A stretch of DNA of 64,000 bases. Origin: Thermoanaerobaculia bacterium (GTDB taxonomy: Bacteria > Acidobacteriota > Thermoanaerobaculia > Multivoradales > UBA5704). Shown piece by piece: positions 7,714 to 18,762 of the stretch. The notes beneath the pieces are model-generated. The model saw nothing but the letters and a program-made list of their open reading frames with translations, made no database searches and was not told where the DNA came from. Made by a program: the position numbers and the translations under genes. The stretch spans positions 316 to 64,315 of the forward strand of contig DASZZP010000085.1 in assembly GCA_035544875.1 (NCBI GenBank), read 5' to 3'. Each line of letters begins with the position of its first letter. Position 1 is the first letter of the stretch.

Positions 7714-10252
7714 ATGTGGGGCTGGGGCTCCCTCGAACGCCTGCTCCAGGATCTGCGCTCTGGATTGCGCATGGCCGCAGGAGCCCGGCCGCGAGCCTCG
7801 GCGTGGTGCTCATCCTGGCGCTTGGCATCGGCGCGGGCACCGCCCTTTTCAGCATCGTCGACGGCGCCTTCCTCCATCCCCTCGCCTACCGTGAAGCGCA
7901 CCGCTTCGTCGTGCTCAATCAGGATTTTCCGCGGCAGGAGCTCAAGAGCTGGATGTTCTCGCTCCCCGAGTACCTCGACCTGCGCAGCCGCAGCCATGCC
8001 TTCCAGGATCTGGTCGCCTAGCCCGAGCTGACCGTGAACCTCACCACGCGCGACCGCCCGGAGCGTGTCCATTCCTCGGAGGTCTCCGCCAACACCTTCC
8101 CGTTGATCGGCGTGCCGCCGCTGCTCGGCCGCCCCTTTCTGGCGGCGGAGGACGGCCCCGGCGCGCCTAGGGTGGTGATGATGGGGCTACGACCTGTGGC
8201 ATCGCCGCTTCGGCGCCGACCCGCGCATCCTCCGCCGGACGATCGCCCTGGACGGCGAGAGCTACACCGTGGTTGGCTTCATGCCGTACCGCTACCGCCT
8301 GTGGGGCGCCGAGCTCTGGTTCCCCCTGCGCCTGAATGCCCCCGACACCAGGGGCGCCCCCGGCACGGACAACGCGGGCGGCGCCGCTGTCCCGCCGGGT
8401 GGTGCCGGCCGTCCGGACCGCGCCGGCCTGGCCGACCGCGGCCGCCGCTGGCTGAAGGTCGGCGGCTATCTGCGTCCCGGGATGAGCGTGGCGGGGGCGC
8501 AGGCCGACCTGGGCTCTCTGGCGCGGCAGCTCGAGGGCGAGCAGCGCGGCGAGCGCCCCGAATATGCGGGGCTGCGGCTCAACGCCATCCTGGTCCGCGA
8601 TGCGCTGACCAGCGACCTGCGTCCGGCGTTGGCCGTGCTGCTCGGCGCGGTGGCCCTGCTCCTCCTGATCACCGGCGCGGACGTCGCCAACCTCCTGCTG
8701 GTGCGCTTCAGCGCGCGCGCCCGGGAGATCGCGGTACGCGGTGCCCTGGGAGCGAGCCGCTGCGCCTGGCGCGCCAGCTGGTGACGGAGAGCCTTCTGTT
8801 CGCCGTCTTCGGAGCAGACGCCGGCTGCCTGCTGGCGTGGGGCTGCCTGCCCCTGCTGCTGGCCCTCATCCCGCCGAACTACATCGCCTCCGAGGCGGAG
8901 GTCCGCATCAACTCTGCCGCGATGGGCGTGGCGGCAGGCATCGCGCTGCTGATGGGCCTTGCCGTGGGCCTGGCGCCAGCGCTGTACGCGCGGCGCCCGG
9001 CTGCCGTCGACGCTCTCCGGGCCGGCGGCCGCAGCTCCGTCGCCGGCGGCCCGCGGCGGCGCGCCCGCGATCTGCTCGTGGTCGGCGAGATCGCGCTGGC
9101 GCTCGTGGTGATGGCCGGAGCCGGGCTCATGATCGAAACTTATGCGCATCTCACAACGCTGCCGCTGGGCTTCGCGCCGAACGGTGTATTGACCTTGCGC
9201 GTCGGCCTGCCCGAGATGCGCTATCCGCGGCCCGAGGATCTGCGGGCCTTCCATGGCGCGCTGCCCGGCGTGACGGCGGCCGCGGCGGCCTCCGACCGCC
9301 CGATGGTCGAGCTGTCGAACCAGGAGCTGACTATTCAAGAAAGCGAAGAGGCCGGCGGCGTCATGGCCACCACGGTGACGCGCCGGGTCAGCCCCGACTA
9401 CTTCCGGACCATGGGCATCCCGTTGCGTGCCGGGCGGCCGTTCGGCGACCAGGACCAGCCTCGCGGCCTGCCGGTGGCGATCGTCAACGAGACCATGGCG
9501 GCCCGTTTCTGGCCCGGCGCCAGCCCGCTCGGCAGGCAGTCGCCACCGGCCGCGGCGCCGCGCATGGCAACCCTGGCGCCGCGGCCGACAGCCGGCGCTG
9601 GCTGACGATCGTCGGCGTGGCCGGCGATGCCCGGCAGCGCCGCAGCGTGCTGGCCGAGGTGCGGCCCGAGCTCTACCTGCCGCTGGCGCAGACCGCCGGC
9701 CAGGCGCGCGACGTGGCGATCCTGGTCCGCACCAGCGGCGATCCCGCGGCCTGGACCGCGGCGATCGAGCGCCAGGTCATGGCCTTGGACCCCCAGCAGC
9801 CGATCTACGAGGTGCTGACCCTGCGCGAGATCGTCGCCCGTGGATTCGGACCGAAGCGGCTGACCGTGGTGCTGCTCGCGCTGTTCGCGGCCCTGGCCTT
9901 CCTGCTCGCAGTCTCAGGACTCTACGCGGTGCTCGCCCACGCCGTCAGCCTCGAGACCCACGACATCAGCATCCGCATGGCGCTGGGCGCCGATGCGACG
10001 AACGTGCGGCGACTCTTTGCCGGTCAGGGAGCCCGGCTCGCCGCCGCCGGGGTCGGCGTCGGGTTGGCTGCGACGCTGGCGCTCACCCGCCTGATGTCCG
10101 GCCTGCTGTTCGGAATCAACGGCGGCGATCCCGCGGTCGTCGCCGGCGCCGCCCTGCTGCTCACCGCGGTAGCCGTCGCGGCATCGTACCTGCCCGCGCG
10201 GCGGGCATCGCTGCTGGATCCCACCGCCGCCCTGCGCTCTGACCTCTCATAG
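7714..10252 (+). pseudogene. Multiply frameshifted MacB/FtsX-type ('ADOP-like') permease
   Basis: Family motifs are spread over at least five frames or ORFs: LLQDLRSGLRM / GVVLILALGIGAGTALFSIVDG..(stop 8021) / NLTTRDRPERV..LLGRPF / YTVVGFMPYRYRLWGAELW..LITGADVANLLLVRFSARAREIAVRGALGAS / LVTESLLFAV..ALVVMAGAGLMIETY / WLTIVGVAGDARQ..ISIRMALGAD..YLPARRASLLDP. Confidence 0.8.
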
Positions 10253-10411
10253 CCGCGGCACGAGCGCGGGGCGGCAGAATGGCAACATTACTCCCCTCTC
10301 TGGCGGCTACTGCCGATCGAGCCGGAGTCGTTAGGCTCGCTCAGGAGCCGGGACGGACCGGCTTCCTCGCCCCGAGCACCCTCCTCGTCCACGAGCAGAG
10401 CATTCGGAGCT

Positions 10412-10480
10412 GGTTGGCCCGGAGGAGTCCGAGAACTGCAGGGGACCTGCGGGGCTCACGCGAAGGCATCGATGTACGCC
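10412..10480 (+). repeat. Copy A of a ~70-nt intergenic repeat family (GGTTGGCCCGGAGGAG..ACTGCA..CTGCGGGGC..GTACGCC)
   Basis: By eye it aligns with 20212-20283 and 38302-38371. All three copies are in the same orientation and lie 30-160 nt downstream of a plus-strand stop codon. Confidence 0.6.
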
Positions 10481-10610
10481 ACGCTCCGTGTACCGAGCCG
10501 GTGGCGCTAGCGCAGGCTAACGCTCTGAGTCCAGCCGGGCGGCACAGAGGCGGCCCAGCTACGAAGGTCAGAAGGTTGGTCCAGAACTAGCGAGAACGCG
10601 GGCGCTCCAC

Positions 10611-11681
10611 CTACTTCTGCGAGGTCTGCGGCGACTGAGCTGCTCGGGCCTGCCAAACGTCGGTAATGGCCAGCGCGTGGCCGTCGCCGTCGGCGAGAGG
10701 GGGTAGGTGGAAGTTCTCCTCGATGGTCCGCAGGGCGTTGAAATGATTGTAGGGCTTGGGGGATACGAAGCCTGCGCGCACCATGCCTCCGAGAAAGACC
10801 GTATAGATGTGGTTGTCACGTTCAGGAAACAGCAGTTTCCGCACACAACCGGGCTCCGACTCGTCGAAGGTCACCACGATCAGGGTGTCGCGCATGACCT
10901 CGGCATCGTCCAGGATGGGATCGAGGAAACGTCGCAGCCAGGCCACTGCGTTTTCGAGCCCCTGGTCCGCGCGGCAAAGAGAATGATTATGCCCATCGTT
11001 CACCAGATCGGGTGAGTAGAACCCGTAGGCCGGGAGCGCATGGCGGTCGAAGGCGAGATCCGGCACGACATTCGGACACGGAGCGCCCTGGGTGAAGGTC
11101 AGAAACGGTACATGCTTCCGCGCATAGAGCGGCTGGGCCGGGTTGGAGGGTTTGATGAAGCAGCCATCTGCCTCCTCCGGATACCCTTGGGCAAAACTGA
11201 GCCATGGCTTCGTCTTCTTATCTCCCTTGTCTCCCTTGACTCCGGCGAGAAGATTGGCAATCGTAGGCAAGCAAGACTCGATTTGGCGGTCGCTGTGGGT
11301 CTCGATCGTCCTGCCGGAAACCATGGCAAGATAGTTCGAGTAGGACGGGTGAAAGAGGCCATGGAAGTTGGAAAATGACGCTCCCCGGCCGGAGAGTCCC
11401 TGGAAGTAAGGATTCCTATTCACGCGATCGTAGCTCTGGTTCTCCAACACGATGAGGAGGACGTGCTTGAAAACGTCGTGGGGCGGGGCTTCGGGAGCGC
11501 CGCACTTGGGCGCCCCCTGGCGAAACCCTGGCTCCAGAGAACAAGGATCCACGCGGGCCGCAACGAAGTAAAGGTTGCAGCCAGCGCAGCCCACTGCGAT
11601 ACACGCCAGTTTCGCGATGAGGCCGCTCACGGTGGTCGCGAAGACAGCCCGCTTTTCGCCGCGGTGTTGGCACATGGCCAT
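10611..11681 (-). CDS. Phosphoesterase-family protein (acid phosphatase/phospholipase-C-like, PF04185-type)
   Basis: ..HVLLIVLENQSYD..NFHGLFHPSYSNYLAMVSG..DLVNDGHN..LIVVTFDE.. is the conserved phosphoesterase-family block order. The N-terminus is hydrophobic. Confidence 0.75.
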   Translation of the reverse strand: MAMCQHRGEKRAVFATTVSGLIAKLACIAVGCAGCNLYFVAARVDPCSLEPGFRQGAPKCGAPEAPPHDVFKHVLLIVLENQSYDRVNRNPYFQGLSGRGASFSNFHGLFHPSYSNYLAMVSGRTIETHSDRQIESCLPTIANLLAGVKGDKGDKKTKPWLSFAQGYPEEADGCFIKPSNPAQPLYARKHVPFLTFTQGAPCPNVVPDLAFDRHALPAYGFYSPDLVNDGHNHSLCRADQGLENAVAWLRRFLDPILDDAEVMRDTLIVVTFDESEPGCVRKLLFPERDNHIYTVFLGGMVRAGFVSPKPYNHFNALRTIEENFHLPPLADGDGHALAITDVWQARAAQSPQTSQK

Positions 11682-11906
11682 TCCTCCCGAGAGCCTTCAA
11701 GCAGTGCGACAAGACATACATATGCATGAAGCTCGAAGTGTTGTACCAGTGAAATCAGGCAATGAATCGAAGTATAGGCCGGCGCGCTGAGCCTGTCAAG
11801 AAACGCGGCCGGGGTGGGGTGCACGACCGGAAAGTGAGGAGATGAGATTCTCTCGGGCCATAACCGGCTTTCCTTCGGTTATAATAGCCGTAGGAAAGGA
11901 GGTCCC

Positions 11907-12561
11907 ATGGCCGACACGGAGGTCCCCGACGAAGTCCAAGCACTGGCTCAGGAGCCGTGCCAGCCCGCGCCCATGCGCCGGGGTTCTTTGACCGAGCGCT
12001 ACATGAAATGTGGGAAGGCACAGTGCCCATGCCATCGCCGACCCGAAGCGCGGCATGGTCCCTACTTCACGCATACCCGCATGGTCAACGGTCGCACGCA
12101 GTCGCGGCTTCTTTCGGCTGAACAAGCCGAAAGAGTGCAACGACAAGTGGCGGCAGGCCAAGAGTTCCGCCGTCGCATCGAGGCCTATTGGAGGGCCTGT
12201 GAACAGTGGGCTGACGAGCCGCGACTGGGCGTCCGCCCGTCACGCCGAACTCGACCGCGGCGAGCTCGAAGCCATCCTCAACGCTCTACGGGTCCACGCG
12301 GCCACCGAGCCCGAAGCCAGCCGCTGCATCGACTATGTCTCGCGCAACAGGCGCCGCATGCGCTACCCCGACTTCCACCGCCAGGGCCTGTGCACTTCCA
12401 CCGGCGTCCTCGAGGCTGGCTGCAAGGTCGTCGTCGCCACACGACTCAAGCGCGCCGGCATGCACTGGACCCTCCGCGGCGCCAATGCGATCCTTGCTCT
12501 GCGCTGCGCCAAGCTCTCTGGCCGCCTCGATGGCTTCTGGCAGCGTCGAGCTGCCGCCTAG
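11907..12561 (+). mobile_element. Internally deleted ISKra4-family transposase remnant
   Basis: The N-terminus RGSLTERYMKCGKAQCPCHRRPEARHGPYF is the DUF6788-type zinc ribbon. After a frame change it continues directly into the transposase C-terminus ..CIDYVSRNRRRMRYPDFHRQGLCTSTGVLEAGCKVVVATRLKRAGMHWTLRGANAILALRCAKLSGRLDGFW. The catalytic middle is missing, and I identified no terminal inverted repeats. Confidence 0.65.
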
Positions 12562-12775
12562 GTTCAGGCGTCGTCACAAATCTGTCGTGCACCCGGCCGG
12601 GTGTCGGCCCCCTGCCTTCCTGCCAGCCCCCCTTACCCAGCTCTTGCCCTTCACCTTCCGCCCACTGCGCCCCCTTTACAGCGCCCTCTGCTGTCCGCCT
12701 CCTCCTGCTGCCCAGGTGCTGCCCTTTCCGGCCTGTCGAGCCGCTCCCCGCGAACTGTGCTAGCATTCCGCTAGC

Positions 12776-13003
12776 ATGTCGACTCTAACCATCCGCAACC
12801 TCTCGCCTGAGGTCGTTCGTTCCTTGAAGGCCCTTGCCCAGCGGCATCACCGTTCGATGGAGCAGGAGGTCCGCGCGATCCTGGAATCTCAGGTCGGGGA
12901 CCGCCTCTCGGCCGCGGAACAGATCGAACTGTCCTGGGACGCGCAGGCCCGCACTCCGTCCGCCGAGGAGATTGACTCCTGGATCGGGTCGGGCCGCGGG
13001 TGA
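12776..13003 (+). CDS. vapB: RHH antitoxin (VapB/FitA-like)
   Basis: MSTLTIRNLSPEVVRSLKALAQRHHRSMEQEVRAILE. It has a GTGA start/stop overlap with the downstream PIN gene. Confidence 0.8.
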   Translation: MSTLTIRNLSPEVVRSLKALAQRHHRSMEQEVRAILESQVGDRLSAAEQIELSWDAQARTPSAEEIDSWIGSGRG

Positions 13004-13416
13004 GAGTGGTCGTTGACACCAACGTCATCGCCTACTACCTGCTGGGTACCGAACCATTCCGGGAGGAGTGCGGGAGGTTCTGGCGGCTCGTCGAAGTTGC
13101 CCTTGCTCCGGCGTCGTGGGAGGCGGAGGTTGCCAACATTCTGTGGATGGCCGCTCGGACAAAGGTTCTCGGCGTCGTCGAAGCGCTCCTGAAGCTCGAC
13201 CTGGCAAAGGCCTTGGAGATCCACTCGATACCCGTCCCCAGCCTCTGGCATGGAGCTCTTGTCCGGGCCTGCAGCTCGGGAGTCGCTGCCTACGACACGC
13301 TGTTCGTGGAACTTGCAGAGCGCGAGCGCCTTCCTCTCGCGACCTTCGACCAGGCCGTGCTGGCGGCCTTCCCGGAGACCGCAAAGCGCCCCGGCCAACT
13401 TCTCCGGCCCACGTAG
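13000..13416 (+). CDS. vapC: PIN-domain toxin VapC
   Basis: VRVVVDTNVIAYYLLG..AAYDTLFVELAERERLPLATFD is the PIN acidic-residue pattern. The GTG start overlaps the vapB stop. Confidence 0.85.
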   Translation: MRVVVDTNVIAYYLLGTEPFREECGRFWRLVEVALAPASWEAEVANILWMAARTKVLGVVEALLKLDLAKALEIHSIPVPSLWHGALVRACSSGVAAYDTLFVELAERERLPLATFDQAVLAAFPETAKRPGQLLRPT

Positions 13417-13586
13417 CGCCGGCACCCCCGGCAGGTCGGCCGCAGCTGTCGCATGTTGTGGCCCAGCCGCCCCAGCGGCGACTGGCCCGTCCGGCGATGG
13501 ACGGGCAGCGCTCTCCCGGCAGGTCGCTCCTCGCGGGTCTCTCCCGGAAGGTCGCCTCGCGACGAGCCAGCCTCAGAAATCGAAAC

Positions 13587-15407
<1,821 letters not shown>

Positions 15408-15893
15408 GCCTTCGGTTCTCCTTCCCGCTCCCCACGGAGCCTTGACTCTGGCTCTCCTAGCCTAGCGCAGCCGGGCGGCCGGGCGTCATGCCGGACGGAA
15501 CACGCTACGCATAAGGCCGGGTCGGGACCCGGCCGCCTGATCAAATTGGCCGGGTCGGCCTCCCGGCCGGCGATCGCCGGGCGGCATTCCCCGGAGGTCA
15601 GGACCCGGCCGCCCGATCCATTCGCGCCAACTCGCGGCGGGCTCATATCGAGCCCATTCAAAAAATACGCTTCTCTCTATAGAACACAGGCACGCTCGCG
15701 GCACAGCCGCCGGTTTAGCCGGCGTCCGCGGCAGCCGGAGGAGCCCGGTCTCCTGTGATCAAGGACACATCCGCGATGTGACCTCGGTCATAGATCGGGC
15801 GTGATCTCAGACATAGGTGAACGCCGCGCGTCCGCTCACAATGGAAGCGCAGGCCCCAAGCAGGTCTCAGAAGAAGAATAAGAGGAGGCTGAC

Positions 15894-18746
15894 GTGGACC
15901 AGCCCGAAGTCGCCCTGACCCCGGATCGCAGCGCCGCCTTGCCTTTGCAAGGGCCTGGCTCCGGCAATCGATCGCAGTCTTCGCAGTCGGGCCGCCGCGG
16001 CAAGCGATCTGACCGGCTCCGCTCCGGCGATCGATCCCATGGGCTCGGCTCGGGCGCTCGGCCAGTGCCGGCCGCCAGCCTCGCCCTGCTGCTGGCCCTC
16101 GGGGCGGCGATGCTCGGCGCTGCGCCGCCCGCCGCGCAGGCCACCGCGACGAGCTACTACACCGTCACGCCCTGCCGCCTGCTCGATACCCGCGGCCCCG
16201 CCGGCCCGCTCGGCGCCCCCGCGCTGACCGGCGGCATCGGCCGCGTCTTCGCCGCCGCCGGCCAGTGCGGCATCTCGACCCGCGCCGTCGCGGTCTCGGT
16301 CAACGTCACCGTGGTCCTCCCCACGCAGGCGGGAGACCTTGGGTTCGCCGCCGCCGGCGCCGGCGCGCCGACCACGTCCGAGATCAGCTTCCGGGCCGGC
16401 GACGTGCGCTCCAACAACGGCGTCATCGGCCTCGGCACCGCTGGAGCGGCCCAGGTCCTGGCCCGTCTCGCCGTCGGTACCGTCGACCTGATCGTCGACG
16501 TCAACGGCTACTTCGCCGACCCGACGGTCGCGCAGACGACGGTCGATCCGCCCGCCTTCAACCCGCCGCCGGGCAGCTATACCGGCGTGCAGTCGGTCGC
16601 CATCGTCTCCTCGACTCCCGGCGCGCAGATCTACTACACCACCGACGGATCGCCGCCGAGCAGCTCCCACGCCACCCTCTACAGCGCCCCCGTGCCGCTC
16701 GCCCAGAGCGCCAACCTGCGGGCGATCGCCGTCAAGTCCGGCCTCGCCGACAGCCCGGTCACCTCCGGCCAGTATGACCTGGCGCTCATGCCGATCCTCT
16801 TCCTCGCCACCATGGTGCCGCAGGGCCAGTCGCTGTCGCTCGGCTCGGGCTCGGCCAGCCTGCTGCTCGCCGCCAACGGCGCCAGCGCGGTGCTGCACTT
16901 CACCTACTCGAACCTGACCGGCCCGATCGTCTCCGAGCACATCCACGGCAGCGACACCGGCATCTGGTTCGACATCGACACCGCGACCCCCGACTCGACC
17001 GGCGGCCGCACCTGGACCATCGTGCCGGTAGGCACTCACAGCGTGGCCGACATCCTGGCGGCGCTGCGCGCCGGCCAGTGCTACATCAACCTGCACACCG
17101 CGCAATACCCGGCGGGCGAGATCAAGGGCTTCTTCAACGTCTCGACCGGCGGCGGCACCTTCACACCGCCGCCCCCGCCGCCCGCCCTGCCGCCGCCGCC
17201 GCCCACCCAGAGCGACGCCGCGCGCTTCCTGCTGCAGGCGACCTACGGGCCGCAGACGTCGGCCGACATCGCCGCCCTGTCGTCCGATGCGCGCGGCTTC
17301 GGCCCCTGGTTCGCCAGCCAGTTCGCGCAGCCGCTGGTCTCCCACCTCGCCTACGTCGACGCGGCGCGCGCCGCCGGCGAGAACATCTCGAGCGACCAGG
17401 TGATGGAGTCGTTCTGGAAGCAGGCGGCCACCGGCCCCGACCAGCTGCGGCAGCGGGTGGCGCTGGCGCTGTCGGAGATCGTCGTGGTTTCCGACCAGAG
17501 CTCGAACATCGTCCCCGACGGCCTGGCCCACTATCTCGACCTCCTGGAAGCCGACGCCTTCGGCAACTTCCGCCAGCTGCTCTCGGACGTCACCCTGGAC
17601 CCGACGATGGGCGTCTACCTCAACATGCTCGCCAACGACAAGGGCGACCCCGCCAACGGCATCAACCCCAACGAGAACTACGCCCGCGAGATCAACCAGC
17701 TGTTCTCGATCGGGCTCTACAAGCTCAATCCCAACGGCACCCTGATCCTCGACGCCTTCGGCCTGCCGGTCCCGACCTACAACCAGGACGTGATCAAGGG
17801 CTTTGCCCAGGTCTTCACCGGCTGGACCTTCGCCGGCGGCGACCACAGCGATCCCAACAACTTCTTCTACGTCACCGAGAGCTGGCGCGCCCCGATGGAG
17901 GCCTGGCCGGAGCACCACTCGCCGGGGCAGAAGCTGCTGCTCGACGGCCGCGTGCTGCCGGCCGGCCAGACGCCGCGCCAGGACCTCGACCAGGCGCTCG
18001 ACGTGATCTTCAACCATCCCAACGTCGGACCCTTCATCTGCCGCGAGCTGATCCAGCGCCTGGTGTCGAGCAACCCCAGCCCGGCCTACGTCTACCGCTG
18101 CGGCCAGGCCTTCGCCAACAACGGCCAGGGAGTGCGCGGCGACATGAAAGCGGTGGTGCAGGCGATCCTGACCGACTACGAGGCGCGCTCCACCACCTTC
18201 CTTGGGCGGCCCGGCTACGGCCACCTGCGCGAGCCGATCGTGCGCGAGGGCGCCCTGCTGCGCGCTCTCCACTTCACGCCGCCGGCCGACGGCAAGTGGC
18301 GCATCTATGACCTCTCCGACCCGCAGTACGGCGTCAACCAGAACCCGCTGCGCGCTCCGACCGTGTTCAACTTCTTCGAGCCGTCCTACGTCCAGCCGGG
18401 TCCGATCGCGCAGGCCGGCCTGGTGGCGCCGGAGTTCAAGATCACCACCGAGACCTCGATCTTCGGCACCGCCAACCACTTCCTCTCCATCATCTACAAC
18501 GGCGAGGCCTCCGACCCCTACGCCATCCATCCGGACTACTCGAGCCTGGTCGGGCTCTCCGACGCCGCCCTGCTCGACTACCTCAACCTGGTGTTGATGG
18601 CCAACGCCATGGCGCCCGAGACGCGCTCCATCCTCCGGACGGCGCTCGCCGATCCCGGCTTCTCCGATCCCAACGACGCCACCGTGCGGGTCAAGAACCT
18701 GATCTGGCTGATCGTGCTGTCGCCCGAATTCTCGGCGCAGAACTGA
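15894..18746 (+). CDS. DUF1800-family protein with a long N-terminal extension (YYTVTPCRLLDTR module, chitobiase-C/FN3-like module, CHRD-like module)
   Basis: GTG at 15894 is preceded by AAGAGGAGG. The signal-like stretch is ASLALLLALGAAMLGAAPPAAQA. It contains ..GSYTGVQSVAIVSSTPGAQIYYTTDGSPP.. and ..EHIHGS..CYINLHTAQYPAGEIKG.. (CHRD-like). The C-terminal half RFLLQATYGP..FWKQA..LRQRVALALSEI..NENYAREINQLFSIG is DUF1800. Confidence 0.8.
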   Translation: MDQPEVALTPDRSAALPLQGPGSGNRSQSSQSGRRGKRSDRLRSGDRSHGLGSGARPVPAASLALLLALGAAMLGAAPPAAQATATSYYTVTPCRLLDTRGPAGPLGAPALTGGIGRVFAAAGQCGISTRAVAVSVNVTVVLPTQAGDLGFAAAGAGAPTTSEISFRAGDVRSNNGVIGLGTAGAAQVLARLAVGTVDLIVDVNGYFADPTVAQTTVDPPAFNPPPGSYTGVQSVAIVSSTPGAQIYYTTDGSPPSSSHATLYSAPVPLAQSANLRAIAVKSGLADSPVTSGQYDLALMPILFLATMVPQGQSLSLGSGSASLLLAANGASAVLHFTYSNLTGPIVSEHIHGSDTGIWFDIDTATPDSTGGRTWTIVPVGTHSVADILAALRAGQCYINLHTAQYPAGEIKGFFNVSTGGGTFTPPPPPPALPPPPPTQSDAARFLLQATYGPQTSADIAALSSDARGFGPWFASQFAQPLVSHLAYVDAARAAGENISSDQVMESFWKQAATGPDQLRQRVALALSEIVVVSDQSSNIVPDGLAHYLDLLEADAFGNFRQLLSDVTLDPTMGVYLNMLANDKGDPANGINPNENYAREINQLFSIGLYKLNPNGTLILDAFGLPVPTYNQDVIKGFAQVFTGWTFAGGDHSDPNNFFYVTESWRAPMEAWPEHHSPGQKLLLDGRVLPAGQTPRQDLDQALDVIFNHPNVGPFICRELIQRLVSSNPSPAYVYRCGQAFANNGQGVRGDMKAVVQAILTDYEARSTTFLGRPGYGHLREPIVREGALLRALHFTPPADGKWRIYDLSDPQYGVNQNPLRAPTVFNFFEPSYVQPGPIAQAGLVAPEFKITTETSIFGTANHFLSIIYNGEASDPYAIHPDYSSLVGLSDAALLDYLNLVLMANAMAPETRSILRTALADPGFSDPNDATVRVKNLIWLIVLSPEFSAQN

Positions 18747-18762
18747 AGCTGGTCGCCGCCGC

